A DNA stretch of 63,620 bases, filler included, from Octopus bimaculoides (lineage: Eukaryota), in assembly GCF_001194135.2 (NCBI RefSeq). It is 7 parts of 7 records of this genome, joined end to end, with 100 filler letters (N's around TTAATTAATTAA, not from the genome) between each part and the next. Parts side by side here need not be neighbours in the genome. Positions count along the whole stretch, not along the records: positions 39,568 to 55,396 come from NC_069008.1; 6 more parts are not named here. The stretch is one strand, 5' to 3'. The position numbers were made by a program, and so were the translations under genes. Positions 40,050-52,133 of the stretch are shown piece after piece (position 1 is the first letter of the stretch; each line of letters opens with the position of its first letter). Under the pieces are notes generated by a model. The model was not told where the DNA came from, searched no databases, and saw only the letters and a list, made by a program, of their open reading frames with translations.

Positions 40050-41870
40050 TAAATATTAAAGTTAGATAAGTCTGGTTTATGGGATTACCTTAGGTTTCAT
40101 GTTCATAAAGGGCCTGGCTTTATAGCGTATCATCAGATCCCAAAACCTGTTGGCTAAAGACCTCTGCTATATGGAGGAGGAAAGGAGCATGTTACTCAAT
40201 ATCAACAAAGGGGATTGTCTCCCTTTTGCTATCAGTCACCAACGATGTCAACAAAGGACGTTGAGTTCCTATGGCTATCGATCACCAGTGGCCCTGCTGT
40301 CTTGTGCGTTCCAATAGACGAGGAGGAATTTTCTGAAATGCAAGCACAGTCCAAAGACCTCCATTCTGGAGTTCAGGATATTCCCTGGGTCGAGGAAGTC
40401 CTTTAACATCCTTGCCTGTTCTACTGTGCATAATTTACAGTGGTTGGTGCTGTTAATCTAGGGGCCTGGATTCTCTAGGATTCTCCATGATATTGTGTAT
40501 GGAATCCTATCATCTACTAGTTGCCATACATGGCTGGCTAATGACATGACAAATCTCCTTTCCAGTATCCGGAAGGAGAATCTGTGTTTGGAGAGGCATT
40601 GTTTGAACAAATTCCTGGACAGCCAATGTATCTCTGTGGTTGGGTGTCGGTGGTGGTGTGTCTATTGGTGCTGGCGTTGCAGCCACCACTGTTCCCAGGG
40701 CTGGTGCTGTTGGTGCTGACGTTGCTGGTGTTGGTGCTGGTGCTGTTGGTGTTGGCATTATTGAAGGTGGCGATGGTGTTGGTGCTGCCACTGCCAGTGT
40801 TGGTAAAGGTGCTGTTGTTGTTATGGCTATTGCCATTGATGGAGGTGCTATCATTGCTAATGTAGATGTCATTGCTGATGTCTCTGCTGTTATTTCCCTT
40901 AGGGATACTTTTACTGCTGTTGTTGCTGTCATCGCTGTTATTAATGTTATTTCTGGCGATGGTACTACCACTGCTGCTATTCGAACTATTGGGCCTGTTA
41001 CTGTAGACATAGCCGTTAGGGAAGCTGCTGATGATGATATTGTTGTCGTTAGGGGCACTGCCATTGATGCTGTTGTCACTGGTCGTGGTGCTGTTGGTTC
41101 TGTTCATGTTTCTGCTGCTGCTACTATTAGTACTGATGTCCCTGCTTCTGTGGTCCCTATTAGGGAAGCTGCTGCTGCTAGGATTGGCCAGTACCTCAGC
41201 ATCATAGATGACTCCCTTGGTTTTGCAGTGGTCCCTCTCTGGACATCTGTTGCAGTCCCTGCATGAACATCCTGCCTCTGCTCATGGTCTAGTAGTGCTA
41301 ACTAGAATGCTCTTAATATTGAGGACCCAGCTAAAAGAGACCCTAGAGTTGTGCCTGTTGAAAATGCATCTATTTACTTAAGGCATATCCTACCCACAGA
41401 CATTTTTATGTTAAAGGAGGTGGGGAAAACCAAATGATATTTCTGTGGTGCTTCCTCTATGGATGTTGAGGCCCAGCATGTAGGAGATGCAGTTCCTAAA
41501 TCCGTTAGCAGCTAGAGCCTCATTATAGTAGGAGGCTGCTGCATCAAAAATCTCTTAGCTGGAGGAAAGGTTCATGATCCTCTTACTAACACACTTCACT
41601 CGGTTTTTGAACATGATGGGTGGGTGACAAGAGGCTGTCATTTGGCTTGCAGTAGGGCCTGTATGACCAGAGCCCAAGTTGAGCGTGATGTCTAAGAAGT
41701 CCGTGGTGGTGAGGTTGGTCTCAATGGTGATTTTTAATCTCATGGAGGCAAGTGTACCAATCAGATCTTTCTTAAGCCTGTCTACTGTGTGACTGTTAGC
41801 TCCTCTAGAAATGGCCAGAGCGTCATCTCTGTAGAGACCAAAGAGAATAGAGGACAGAATTTTTGCTGCA
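40050..41870 (-). mobile_element. Penelope-like element, 5'-truncated and decayed: RT (YRDD), thumb, GIY-YIG with N-rich insert, hammerhead trailer
   Basis: Minus-strand peptides LFGLYRDDALAIS, LKITIETNLTTTDFLDITLNL, HPP..KRIMNLSS, CSCRDCNRCP..CKTKGVIYDAEV, RYIG, LASHVWQL..ISWRIL and NILNSRMEVFGLCLHFRKFLL appear in PLE order, with frameshifts and stops. Confidence 0.85.
40081..40141 (-). ncRNA. Type I hammerhead motif in the 3' trailer of a Penelope-like element
   Basis: GGGAT-CTGATGA-(31 nt containing an ATAAAG/CTTTAT hairpin)-GAAA-CCTAAGG-TA-ATCCC. Core, stem I and GUA triplet are intact; the base of stem II is mismatched. Confidence 0.75.
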
Positions 41871-42578
41871 GTAGCCCCCTATTATAATGAGGCCCCAGCT
41901 GCTTGTGGATTTAGGGACCGCATCTCCTACATGCCGGGCCCCAACATCCATAGAAGAAAGTGCCACAGAAATATCATTTGGTTTGCCCCCCCCCCTTAAC
42001 ATAGAAACGTCTGTGGGTAGGATATTCCCTAAGTTAATAGATAATGACAGCAACAACAGCAGCGACTGCATGCCTAATGGAAATAGCAGCAGAGACATCA
42101 CCAATGACATATACAACAGCAATGGCAGTGCCTCCATCAATGGCAATAGCCATAATAACAACAACAGCACCTTTACCAACACTGGCAGTTGCAGCACCAA
42201 CACCATTGCTACCTCCAATAATACCAACACCAACAGCACCAGCACCAACAGCGCTAGTCCTGGTAACAGTGGTGACAGCAATGCCAACACCAACACCTGA
42301 CCATGGAGATACATCAGCTGTTCCAAGAATTCATTTGAACAACACTTTTCCAACCACAGAACCTCTTTCAGGAAACTGGAAAGGAGATTCGTCATGTCAC
42401 TAGCCAGCCACGTATGGCAGCCAGTAGATGATGGGATTCCATACACAATATTATGGAGACTCCTAGAGAATCCAAACCCCTAGATTAACAAAACCAACCA
42501 CTATTAATTATGTATAATGAAATGGGTGAGGATCCTGAAGGACTCCCTCATCCCAGGAAATATCCTGAACTCCAGAAA
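41858..42578 (+). mobile_element. Second PLE copy, inverted relative to the first, with an internal deletion
   Basis: Plus-strand peptides VAPYYNEA, RNIIWF.PP, SVGRIFPKLID, an N-rich tract and RYIS..SF..LASHVWQ..ILWRLL. Reverse-complement similarity to 41415-41555 and about 40355-40975. Confidence 0.82.
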
Positions 42579-42719
42579 ATTCGCTGTAGGAAAATACACT
42601 GTAAAATTTGCCGAATAGGAAATTTTGCAGTAAGATAATTTTGCCATATAGACAATTTTGAAGATATAGAAGGCAACCTGATTTAGAGAAATTGCAGCTC
42701 CGCAAAATATTGCTTTTTA

Positions 42720-43224
42720 TATTCTTTTACTTGTTTCAGTCATTTGATTGCGGCCATGCTGGAGCACTGCCTTTCGTCAAGCAAATTGACCTCAGAACTT
42801 ATTCTTTGTAAGCCGAGTACTTATTTTAGTAGTCTCTTTTGCTGAACCACTAAGTTATGGGGATGTAAACACACCAACATCGGTTGTTAAGTGATCTTCG
42901 GGGACAAACAGATACACAAACATATACACACGCATGCATATATACATATATATATAATGGTGTGTGTGCAGGTGGCACGTAAAACACACCATTTCGAGCA
43001 TGGCCATCGCCATTTTTGCCTGACTGGCCCTCGTGCCAGTGGCACGTAAAACACCCACTACACTCTCGGAGTGGTTGGCGTTAGGAAGGGCATCCAGTTG
43101 TAGAAACTCTGCCAAATCAGATTGGAGCCTGGTGTCGCCTCCTGGTCCACCAGTCCTCAGTCAAATCGTCCAACCCATGCTAGCATGGAAAGTGGACGTT
43201 AAACGATGATGATGATGATGATGA

Positions 43225-43259
<35 letters not shown>

Positions 43260-43425
43260 TACACGACAGGCTTCTTTCAGTTTCTGCCTATCAAATTCAC
43301 TCACAAGGCTTTGGTCAACCTGAGGCTATAGTAGAAGACACTTGCCCAAGGTGTCACACATTGGGACTGAACCCGGAACCATGTGGTTGGTAAGCAAGCT
43401 ACTTACCACACAGCCACTCCTGTAT
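42720..43425 (-). mobile_element. SINE family B, full length, with a nested insertion
   Basis: Tail at 42720-42950 and head at 43260-43425, separated by a (GAT)n-tailed element. Confidence 0.85.
42958..43228 (+). mobile_element. (GAT)n-tailed retroelement 3' end (probably RTE-related); relatives at 17020-17097, 44770-45060 and 48225-48400(-)
   Basis: GAGTGGTTGGCGTTAGGAAGGGCATCCAG...CAACCCATGCTAGCATGGAAAG.GGACGTTAAACGATGATGAT is shared among the copies. Confidence 0.7.
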
Positions 43426-43823
43426 ATATGTTTTTTATTTTCTTTTTGTCCTTTGTAAATGTTATCATATTTATAACGTATTACTTTATATTTAAGCAGA
43501 TTTTTTTTTTTGAAAACATTATCATCTTTTAAATTGCTTTATGTTGCAACCCTCCCCCACACCAGCCCTGAAGCTTTGCCATAATAATATAATGGGTTGG
43601 TTGAAACAATTATATACTAAGGGAGTAATTCATCTTTTTTTTTGGTGTAATTGTCATGCAGCAAAATTTCCTAACTGGCGAACTTTTCTACAGCAAAATT
43701 TTCTATGTAGCGAGCTTTCATATGGCTAAAAATCCTGAGGTGAATTTTCCTGCAGCAACAATGCTTATAGCAAACTTTCTGGATATAGATATACATATAC
43801 ATACACCACATTCACTACATCTA

Positions 43824-43877
<54 letters not shown>

Positions 43878-45101
43878 TTCTCACCTTTAATCATTTGAAA
43901 CTAAACTGAAAATTGATCCCAGTTAAGTCTTCTTCCTCTAATTATTATACTCCTTCTTCACCTCCTCACTACATATTCCCCCCAGCCCTCCACACACACA
44001 CACACAAATGTAGAACAGACTAGCTGAACCTGCAGAATCTAAGCAAGCTCTGTCCCTCCCTACCTATGTACACAAATGGAAAGAAAGTAACGCACAAAGA
44101 ACACTAAAGAATAAAATAGGACTGACATTTCTTGGTGTTCTCTGTTTGTATATTTTTTTAAAGCGAAGGCATCTTTGCTTTAATGTGCATTAGTATATAT
44201 TTATGTATTTGTGTGTGTGTGTGTGCATATGTGCCTGTGCATGTATATAATATCTGTGTATAAATATGTACATGTGTGTGCAGAAATATACACATACATG
44301 TGTATACACGCACACACACACACACACTCACACACATATAGTACTACTGCTACTACTACTTCTACCACACTATTTCTACTACAACCTCATAATACCTTCA
44401 CATATCTACTGCAAACCCCTCCTCTGAGCCTCTCCTATATTTCTCTCCATCATTTGTTACAGTTACCTCGTCCTGCCCCCTCACCCATCTCAAGCCTCTA
44501 TGTCACATCACCTATTCTCACCCCCTTTGAGGGTATGTCCCTCCCAATACGTCTCTGACATCATCTCGTTCACTATCATTTTCTTGATCTTAATCTCCTT
44601 TGTTTTCCAACTAACGTATCCATGATGTATCTATTCTCCAGTAAGAAAGCTATATCTGTTCCTTCCATACCTTAATTCGCTCAATTGGCACAAAACCACA
44701 CCTCCTCAATATTACTCCCCTCTCAGTTGATGGCGTTTTGTCTTGCAAGCTACTTGGTGACCATTTCTGTGCTGGTGCCATCTAAAAAGCACCGGTGCTG
44801 GTACCACATAAAAAACATCAGTGCAGGTGTCACAGAAAAGGTACTAGTGCTGGTACCACATACAAAGCGCTGGTACTGATTCTACATAAAAAAGCACTCA
44901 TTACACTTTGCAAAGTGGTTGGCATTAGAAAGGGCATCCAGCTGCAGAAACCATGTCAAAACAGACAGTTGAACATAGCACAACTTCAGGCCTTATCAGT
45001 TCCTGTCAAACCATCCAAGCCATGCAAGCATGGAAAATAGACATTAAATGATAATGATATACATATCTGTATGTATGTATATATATGTGCATGTGTGTGT
45101 A

Positions 45102-45188
<87 letters not shown>

Positions 45189-45419
45189 CTAGATAAGAAT
45201 ATGTGAAAGGACATGTAAATACAAAAGGTATATACAATGAGTACTGAGGTTGAACCAAATGGTTATATTTTGATGTTAAGTGTAGGGAATGAGCAAGTCC
45301 ATTTATCACATTGAAATTTGTTCTCGTGAACATAGATATATTAAGCAATAATATATGCAACAAAGAGCTGGTTTCTAACAAAGATACAAAGCTCCATCAT
45401 TGGAATATAGATAACGAAA

Positions 45420-47060
45420 ACAATATCACATCTTAAACTTGACGAAAGTCTTGCATAATTTTACTGTTCCACTTACAGATTGTATTTGTAATATGCAAGT
45501 GAGTTGGTTGCTTTCATTTTCTGAAAATTTGAGCTTATCCAGACTGTCAGTTAGGCACTTACTCGCAAAACCAAGTGTACCAATTATTATTGGTATAAAT
45601 GGAATTTGTAATCTGGGTATAGAAACTAGAAGTTTTGAAGCTGTTGCCCATAATTATGTTCTTTCCTTCTGATTTTAAAAATGATATTCACATTAGCAGG
45701 ATAATTGACCTGTATGGTGGTACATGATTTTTCTTGTCTGTCCCAAACAACAATATCCAGCCTGTTGTGCTGATACTTGACAGATATTTTGATGGGAATG
45801 TTCTACCAGTATTCCTTGTGTTGATGTTTTTGTATGTATTCAATAACAAGGGGATTCTCTATTTTTTTTATTCCAAGGGTCTTTTTCCAAATGACATTGA
45901 TAGTTGTTTTTGAGAACATCATGTTACATAGAGAGATAGTACCTTAATGACATTTTTGGGCAGCTGCTAAACTGAGTGAAGTCTTCCACAGAAATGTGAT
46001 ATAATCTACATGTTTGGTTGCATCTTTGAATTCCAAGGGCTTCACTGTCACTTCTGTTTATTAGGTATTTAATGGCCATTTCCTGTTCTTGAATTGCAAA
46101 TGCATAGCCTTCAAAGGGTGATGTGATGTAGCAGTCATGAGTCCAAGAGAAGCTTCACTTCATGTCAATATTACTGTCTTCTATCAAATTCCACTGAGAT
46201 CAACTTTGCCTTTCATCTTTTCATGGTCGATAAAATAAATACCAGTTTGAGCACTGGGATCAATATAATTGACTTACCCTTTCCACAGAAATTGCTGGCC
46301 TTGTACCAAAATTTGAAACCAATATTACTGTCTTTTTCAAGTCTTTGGAGAAGCATACACGTGCATGGTCTTTTTTAGAATGCTTTTCACATTCAGAATA
46401 TCATTGAAGTATATTAGTCATCAAGAAAAGAGTGCTTCTTGAAGATCTCACTGCTGACTTGTAGGATATTGTTCTCTTCACTTCTCAGCATTAAGTTTTG
46501 CTGTTGTTGTTTAGCAAGTACTGTCTGAGAGATTATATGACATTTGAATGCTGTCTGCACTGATTTCAAGTCTCTACCCCCTTTAACTCTTCTTAGCTAG
46601 ACTGTCAATATTACTATTTCTATGGAGATTTCCAGTTGATGTTAGAATCTTGCAGGTTTTAACGTCTATGGAGTGGATTTCTTCTACAGACCAGTCAAGT
46701 ATCCCAAATGCTGGAATCAGCTCTGATACTGCAAATGCATTGTGGGATATTGTCTTGTAGTAAAAGGAGAGTTCTGACTGCCATATTTTTTTAAGTCTGG
46801 TATTACATTCTCAGGTCATTCTATCTTTAATCACAGTATCTTCGTATATGTTTCTATCAATGCTGAGGTATTTGTAGCATTCTTTGTGTGGGACAAGGAA
46901 GATAGTGAGATGATTAATGCACAGGTTTTGGATCTAGGGAATTGATTTTTCTCATTCAACAATGAAATATGAACATTTCTTTTGGCCAAATTGCATTCTT
47001 CTGCCACTGAAAATGTTTGTACAAAAAAAGAATATTGGAGAAGATTGGGATTTTTGACAA
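45420..47060 (-). mobile_element. Older RLE-type (R4-like) non-LTR element: RT C-terminus to endonuclease, heavily decayed, interrupted by a SINE at about 46195-46325
   Basis: Minus-strand peptides CYKYL.I, KIWQSELS, FGILDWS.EEI.SIDVKT.KIL, GYAFAIQEQE, EYW.NI.IK and LDIVVWD. Confidence 0.75.
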
Positions 47061-47364
47061 ACAAAACTTTTATTCTTTTCATACACAAAAAAAGACAACA
47101 AATACTGTTGTTATTATGAATGACAAAATGTTAAGAAACTTTGAATGTTATTGTTCTTGGTGTAATAGTAATAGTAGTCAAAAAGTTAGCAACTGGTCAT
47201 TGTGTTGTTGTCACTGATCGTCCATTGTGGTTGTTGTCAGCAGCTTTCCATGTCTGTTCTCCATCCATCTGCTGTCTCTCAGTGCTCTCTCTGCTGTATC
47301 CCAAAGCTCTGTGTGTGCTGGATTTATACTGGTGGTACTGCATATATATATATATATATATAGG

Positions 47365-47690
47365 TACAGGTGAGGCTGTGGTAAGAAGTTTGCTTCCCAG
47401 CTACATGGTTTCAGTTTCAGTCCCGCTGCATGACACCTTGGGCGGGCAAGTGTCTTCTACTATAGCCTAAGACTGACCAAAGCCTTGTGAGTGGATTTGC
47501 TAAACAGAAAAAGAAAGAAGCCTGTTGTATATGTGTATGTGTGTGTCTCTGTATCTGTGTTTGTCCCCTTTCACTGCTTGACAACATCCCTATAAAAAGA
47601 GACTGATAGAATTAAGTACCAAGCTAAAAAAATATAAGTACTAGGGTTGATTCATTTGACTAAAATTCTTCAATCTAATGACTAATAGAA
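47365..47690 (+). mobile_element. SINE family B, degenerate
   Basis: B head and body recognisable. Confidence 0.75.
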
Positions 47691-47807
47691 GCAAATTATA
47701 TGTATACATGTGTGAATGAAAATGTATAACTTGTATATGCTACATGTGCTTTTGCTTTAAGTAAATGCTTATTGATAAGTTTTTTATTACATAATACTGC
47801 AGGAAGG

Positions 47808-48030
47808 TGGAGACATGTGGCTTAGAGGTTAGGATGTTGGACTCATGATTGTAAGATTGTGATTTCAGTTCCTGGACTGGGCAATGCATTGTCTTCTTGA
47901 GCAAAACACTTCATTTCATATTGCTCCAGTCCACTCAGCTGCAAAAATCCTGCAACAGACTGGCATCCCAACCAGGTGGGGAATATATAGGCCGTGGAAA
48001 CCAGGAAACCAGCCCTATAAGTCTATATGA
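47808..48030 (+). mobile_element. SINE family D, degenerate
   Basis: Similar to the 54730-54970 copy. Confidence 0.7.
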
Positions 48031-49329
48031 TTTGGGAAGAACTTTACACCCTTTACTGCTGGAAGATTGTTCTTTCAAAGTCCATTTTGTGTCATCTAAA
48101 ACTCTATGGTGTTTCACTGCTGGCTTTGCTGACTCTTAACAGAAATTAAGTTTTATCACAGAAAAACAATTACCTATTGATGTTCCAGCCTTTTGTTATT
48201 ATATTTCTATAGACTTATATTCCCATTCATCATTGTCATTTAATGTCCATCCACCATACTGGCTTCAGTTGAACAATTTGGCAGGATTTGACGAGTTGGA
48301 AGACTACATTGAATCCTAATGTCTACTATGGCATGTTTTCTGCTGTTAAATGCCCTCCTTAATACCAACCATCGTCTTATGTGCTTTTTCATGGCACCAG
48401 CCTTAGTGAGGCTGCTATGTAATTCACAAGGCCTAAAAAACCCCTTGAATGTATATAGTAGAGATGGAGGCAGCTTTATGCTGAGCGTTGAGGTGCTAAA
48501 CTTATCAATGGACTGGAACAGAATTTTTGTTGTAGAGGAGATATATGGCTATCTCATATAAAGGTGGGTGGGAGTAGCTGGAAAGGGAGAGGGAGAAGGG
48601 CAAAAATTGGGAATTTGATTAATTTTGAAAATAATAAAGAATTTTGTAAAATAACTCTCATTATTAACCTGGCAGAATCATTAGCACACAAGACAAGATG
48701 CTTAGCAGCATTTCCTCAATCTTTATGTTCTGTGTTCAAATTCCACCAAAGTTGACTTTATCTTTCATCCTTTCAGGGTTGATGAAATAAGTACCTGTTG
48801 GACACTGGGGTTGATGTAATCAACTCAACCCCTCTCTCAAAGTTGCTGGTATTTGGGATGGATCAAAGTGATGTAGGTGCCTCTGATTAAAAGTCAATAA
48901 GGTTTGAAAATCTATTAAGGCTATTCATCATTTTATAAAAAAGGCAGCAGTTGGGCAGAACAAAATGCTTAGTGGCATTCCATCCTTTTTTACGTTCTGG
49001 TTCTAATTCCACTGAGGTTGATTTTACCATTCATCCTTTTCAAGGTTGATGAAATAACTACCAGTTGAGTACTATGGTCGATGTAATCAACTAGCCACCT
49101 CCCCAAAATTTCAGGTCTTGTGTCTATAGTAGAAAGGATTATTAAGCCAGTATTTGAAACATAAACTGTCATGAATTTTTCTTTTTCTTCTGTTAATAAC
49201 AAATGAGATGAAGTGTATTACAACATTGAAATACCAAGAAACAGGAAAGAAGGGAAATAAGAAAGTAAAAGAAAGAAAAGGGGGTAAATGTGAGGGGGTA
49301 AAGCAACAGAATATGGAGGGGGAGGGGGC

Positions 49330-49790
49330 GTTGAGCCACATACCCCCAGAAAAAATAATACGCTCAGTCATGCTCCAAGGTAATGACCATAATGGCGTTG
49401 TCATGGAGAAAGGCCAGCAACACTCATTGCAGCATCCACTCCACCTTGAGGGGGCTCATGTCTCCAACAGGCCACTGTTATTCCTATTTTGTGGAGGAAA
49501 TCAGTAGTAATGGGTCCTAGAATACCTGAGGTTTTGATGGCAACTGGCACAAACTGATAGCAGCTGGTCAAGCCCCTGTATTTATTGATTTCCCCCTCTC
49601 CACCTTACAGGCAACAACACCCAGGTTTGCAGCCAAAGCTGCAAAAGTAAATAATTTAGGTCACTTCAAAACCCCGGAAGTTTGTATCAAGGGCAATCTC
49701 AGGCAGGATGGTATTAAGCCATCAATGACATCAGTCACATGAATTTGGGACTGGGGACTGCAAAGGTCATAGGTCACAGACGCTTACTTC
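49330..49790 (-). mobile_element. CRE-like non-LTR element C-terminal fragment
   Basis: YQFVPVAIKTSGILGPITTDFLHKIG resembles the CRE-clade F.P.A.ET.G..G motif. Confidence 0.6.
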
Positions 49791-50019
49791 CTTCATGTGG
49801 CTAACAAACATAAACAAATGTGAAGGACTGTTTAGCTCATTATAATAGTCTCTTTCTCTCCCTCTTTCTGTCTTTCCTTTCCCTGATTCTATCTCTGCTT
49901 CCTTCCCTACTCTCCCTAATTTTCTCTTCATTTCTTCTTTCTCTCTCAATCTCACTTTCTCTCTCTCCCTCTCCTTTTCCCTTGCTCACTTTCTACTTCT
50001 CTGCCTCCTATCTTTTCCT

Positions 50020-50200
50020 CTCTCTCTTCCTCTACCCTCTCTCTCTCTTCCTCTACCCTCTCTCTCTCTTCCTCTACCCCCTCTCTCTCTTCCTCTACCC
50101 TCTCTCTCTCTTCCTCTACCCCCTCTCTCTCTTCCTCTACCCTCTCTCTCTCTTCCTCTACCCTCTCTCTCTCTTCCTCTACCCTCTCTCTCTCTCTTCC
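50020..50200. repeat. About 21-bp pyrimidine minisatellite (ctctctctcttcctctaccct)n
   Basis: About 8-9 units; explains the FLYPLSL repeat in ORF 49820-50437. Confidence 0.9.
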
Positions 50201-50886
50201 GCTACCCTCTCTCCCACTTTCTCTCTGAACATATACATGTCTCTCTCTCTCTCTCTCTTCCTCTCTCCATTTCTCTTGCTCATTCTTTCTACTTCTTTGT
50301 CTTACACTCTTTCGCTCTCCCTCTCTCTCTTTCTCTTCCCTTCTCCCTTCCCCTTGCTTACTCTCTTTACTACTCTCTGTCTCACTTCTACTTCACCCCT
50401 TCCTTTACTCTCTCTTTCTTTTCTCCTCCCTAAATAGTAAGTGCTCTGTGACCCACACTCTACCCCAGCCACACCCCTCATGTCACTATAAACACCACCA
50501 CCAACACCATCACCACTACTACCACTACCAACACCATCACCACCACCACCACCACTACCACCACCACCACCACCACTACTACCATTACTTTTTATTTTAT
50601 TTGCAGAGATAATACCTTAATAAATCCCATAGGATTAATCCCTCATTTTGTTTTTATGTTTACAGAGATTTTTGTTACACACACACATGACTGAAACAAG
50701 ATAGAAGAAGCATACATATATATGTAAGTATGTGTTGTGTATTATGCACATACACAGATATACATGCTTACATACACAAAATATTTAATATTAATAGCTT
50801 CTTTCTAATGATTTAAGCATAAAGCAATCAAGTTATATAACGTTTGAGTGTGTATGCTGTTATCTGTCTATCTGTCTGTCTATCTA

Positions 50887-52133
50887 CGAGGTAGTGTCAA
50901 AATGTTCCTGGACTAGTTCTGCAGCACACCAACAGATGGCAGTACACAGTTGCATGGACAGTGAGAGCTAGCAGTGACCTTCATGAGGCAATGTGTTGAG
51001 TGACATCACTGTGTTTACTTTGCAAGTTGTGAAATTTGTGTTTTGTGATTTGGTCATGGACAGTAAGTTGGAACAAAGAGCAAACGTGAAATTTTGTATT
51101 AAACTTGGGAAGTCTGTTACAGAGACATTAAGCATGCTTACACTCAACAAGGCAATTGGTTGTACACAATGTTTCAAGTGGCCCAGGTGCTTCAAAATGG
51201 AAGAAGTCCCTGGAAGATAATGAGCAATTTGGAAGACCTGCCATGAGTATCAACAATGGAAATGTGAAGAAAATTCAGCAGCTTGTGCATGAGGATTGTC
51301 AATTGCTGATGTTGGTCTGTTTTATGGGTCCAGGCAAGCAATGTTAACATCTGAATTGAATATGTGGCATGTCTCTGCCAAGTTTGTCCTCTGCCTGCAC
51401 AAAGAACATCGCATTGAAGTGAGTCAAAATCTCCATCAGTGTGCCACTGATGACTCATCCTTCATGTTGAGGATCATCACCGGTGATGAGAGTTCAGACA
51501 AAGCAGCTGTCATTACAATGGAAGAGCCCTTCATCTCCATGACTGAAGAAGGTACGACCAAAGAAGGCATGCCAGAGTTGCAGCTCAATCAAGAGCATGC
51601 TCATTGTCTTTATGACAACCATAGTATTGTGCATCAAAAATTTGTAATCCAGGATTAGACTATCAGTCAAGAGTTCTACTGCAGCATTTTGAAGTGTTTG
51701 AAGGAGGACATTCAGCTAAAATGACTGGATTTGTGGAACACAAAGAATAAGATTCTTCATGACAACAATGCACCCTGTCACCAAGCTCTCCTCACTCATG
51801 AGTTCCTCACCAAAAACATGGTATTGCTACTGTACCTGCCATATTTGCCAGATTTAGCACCTGCAGACTTCCATCACTTCCCCAAGATGAAAATGCAGCT
51901 CAAAGGTTACTGTTTCAACACTGTTGTCAAGATCCAGAGTGAATCGCAGAAAGTCCTTGACTCACTTACGGAAAACAACTTCCAGGCCGGATTCCAAAAG
52001 TGGCAGGAACACTGGGACCGGTGTATTGCTGCACAAGGTGACTATTTCGAAGGCAATGATGTTAGAATTTAGGTAAATAGGTTGTTTTTTTTATTAAACA
52101 TAACTAATCTGAGAACCTTTTGATACTACCTCA
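50887..52133 (+). mobile_element. Mariner DNA transposon, full length (about 1.25 kb) with a pseudogenised transposase
   Basis: About 30-bp imperfect TIRs (cgaggtagtgtcaaaatgttcctggactagtt / aactaatctgagaaccttttgatactacctca), TA at both flanks (50885-50886, 52134-52135). Peptides EQRANVKFCIKLGKS, RIITGDES, LHDNNAPCH and PYLPDLAPADF lie in broken frames. Confidence 0.93.

Noticed and set aside
40510-41266. Mucin-like Thr/Ala/Pro ORF (40510-41079 minus) and Val/Gly/Ala ORF (40640-41266 plus)
   Set aside because: Alternative frames of the same low-complexity insert. Only the N-rich frame links the GIY and YIG motifs.
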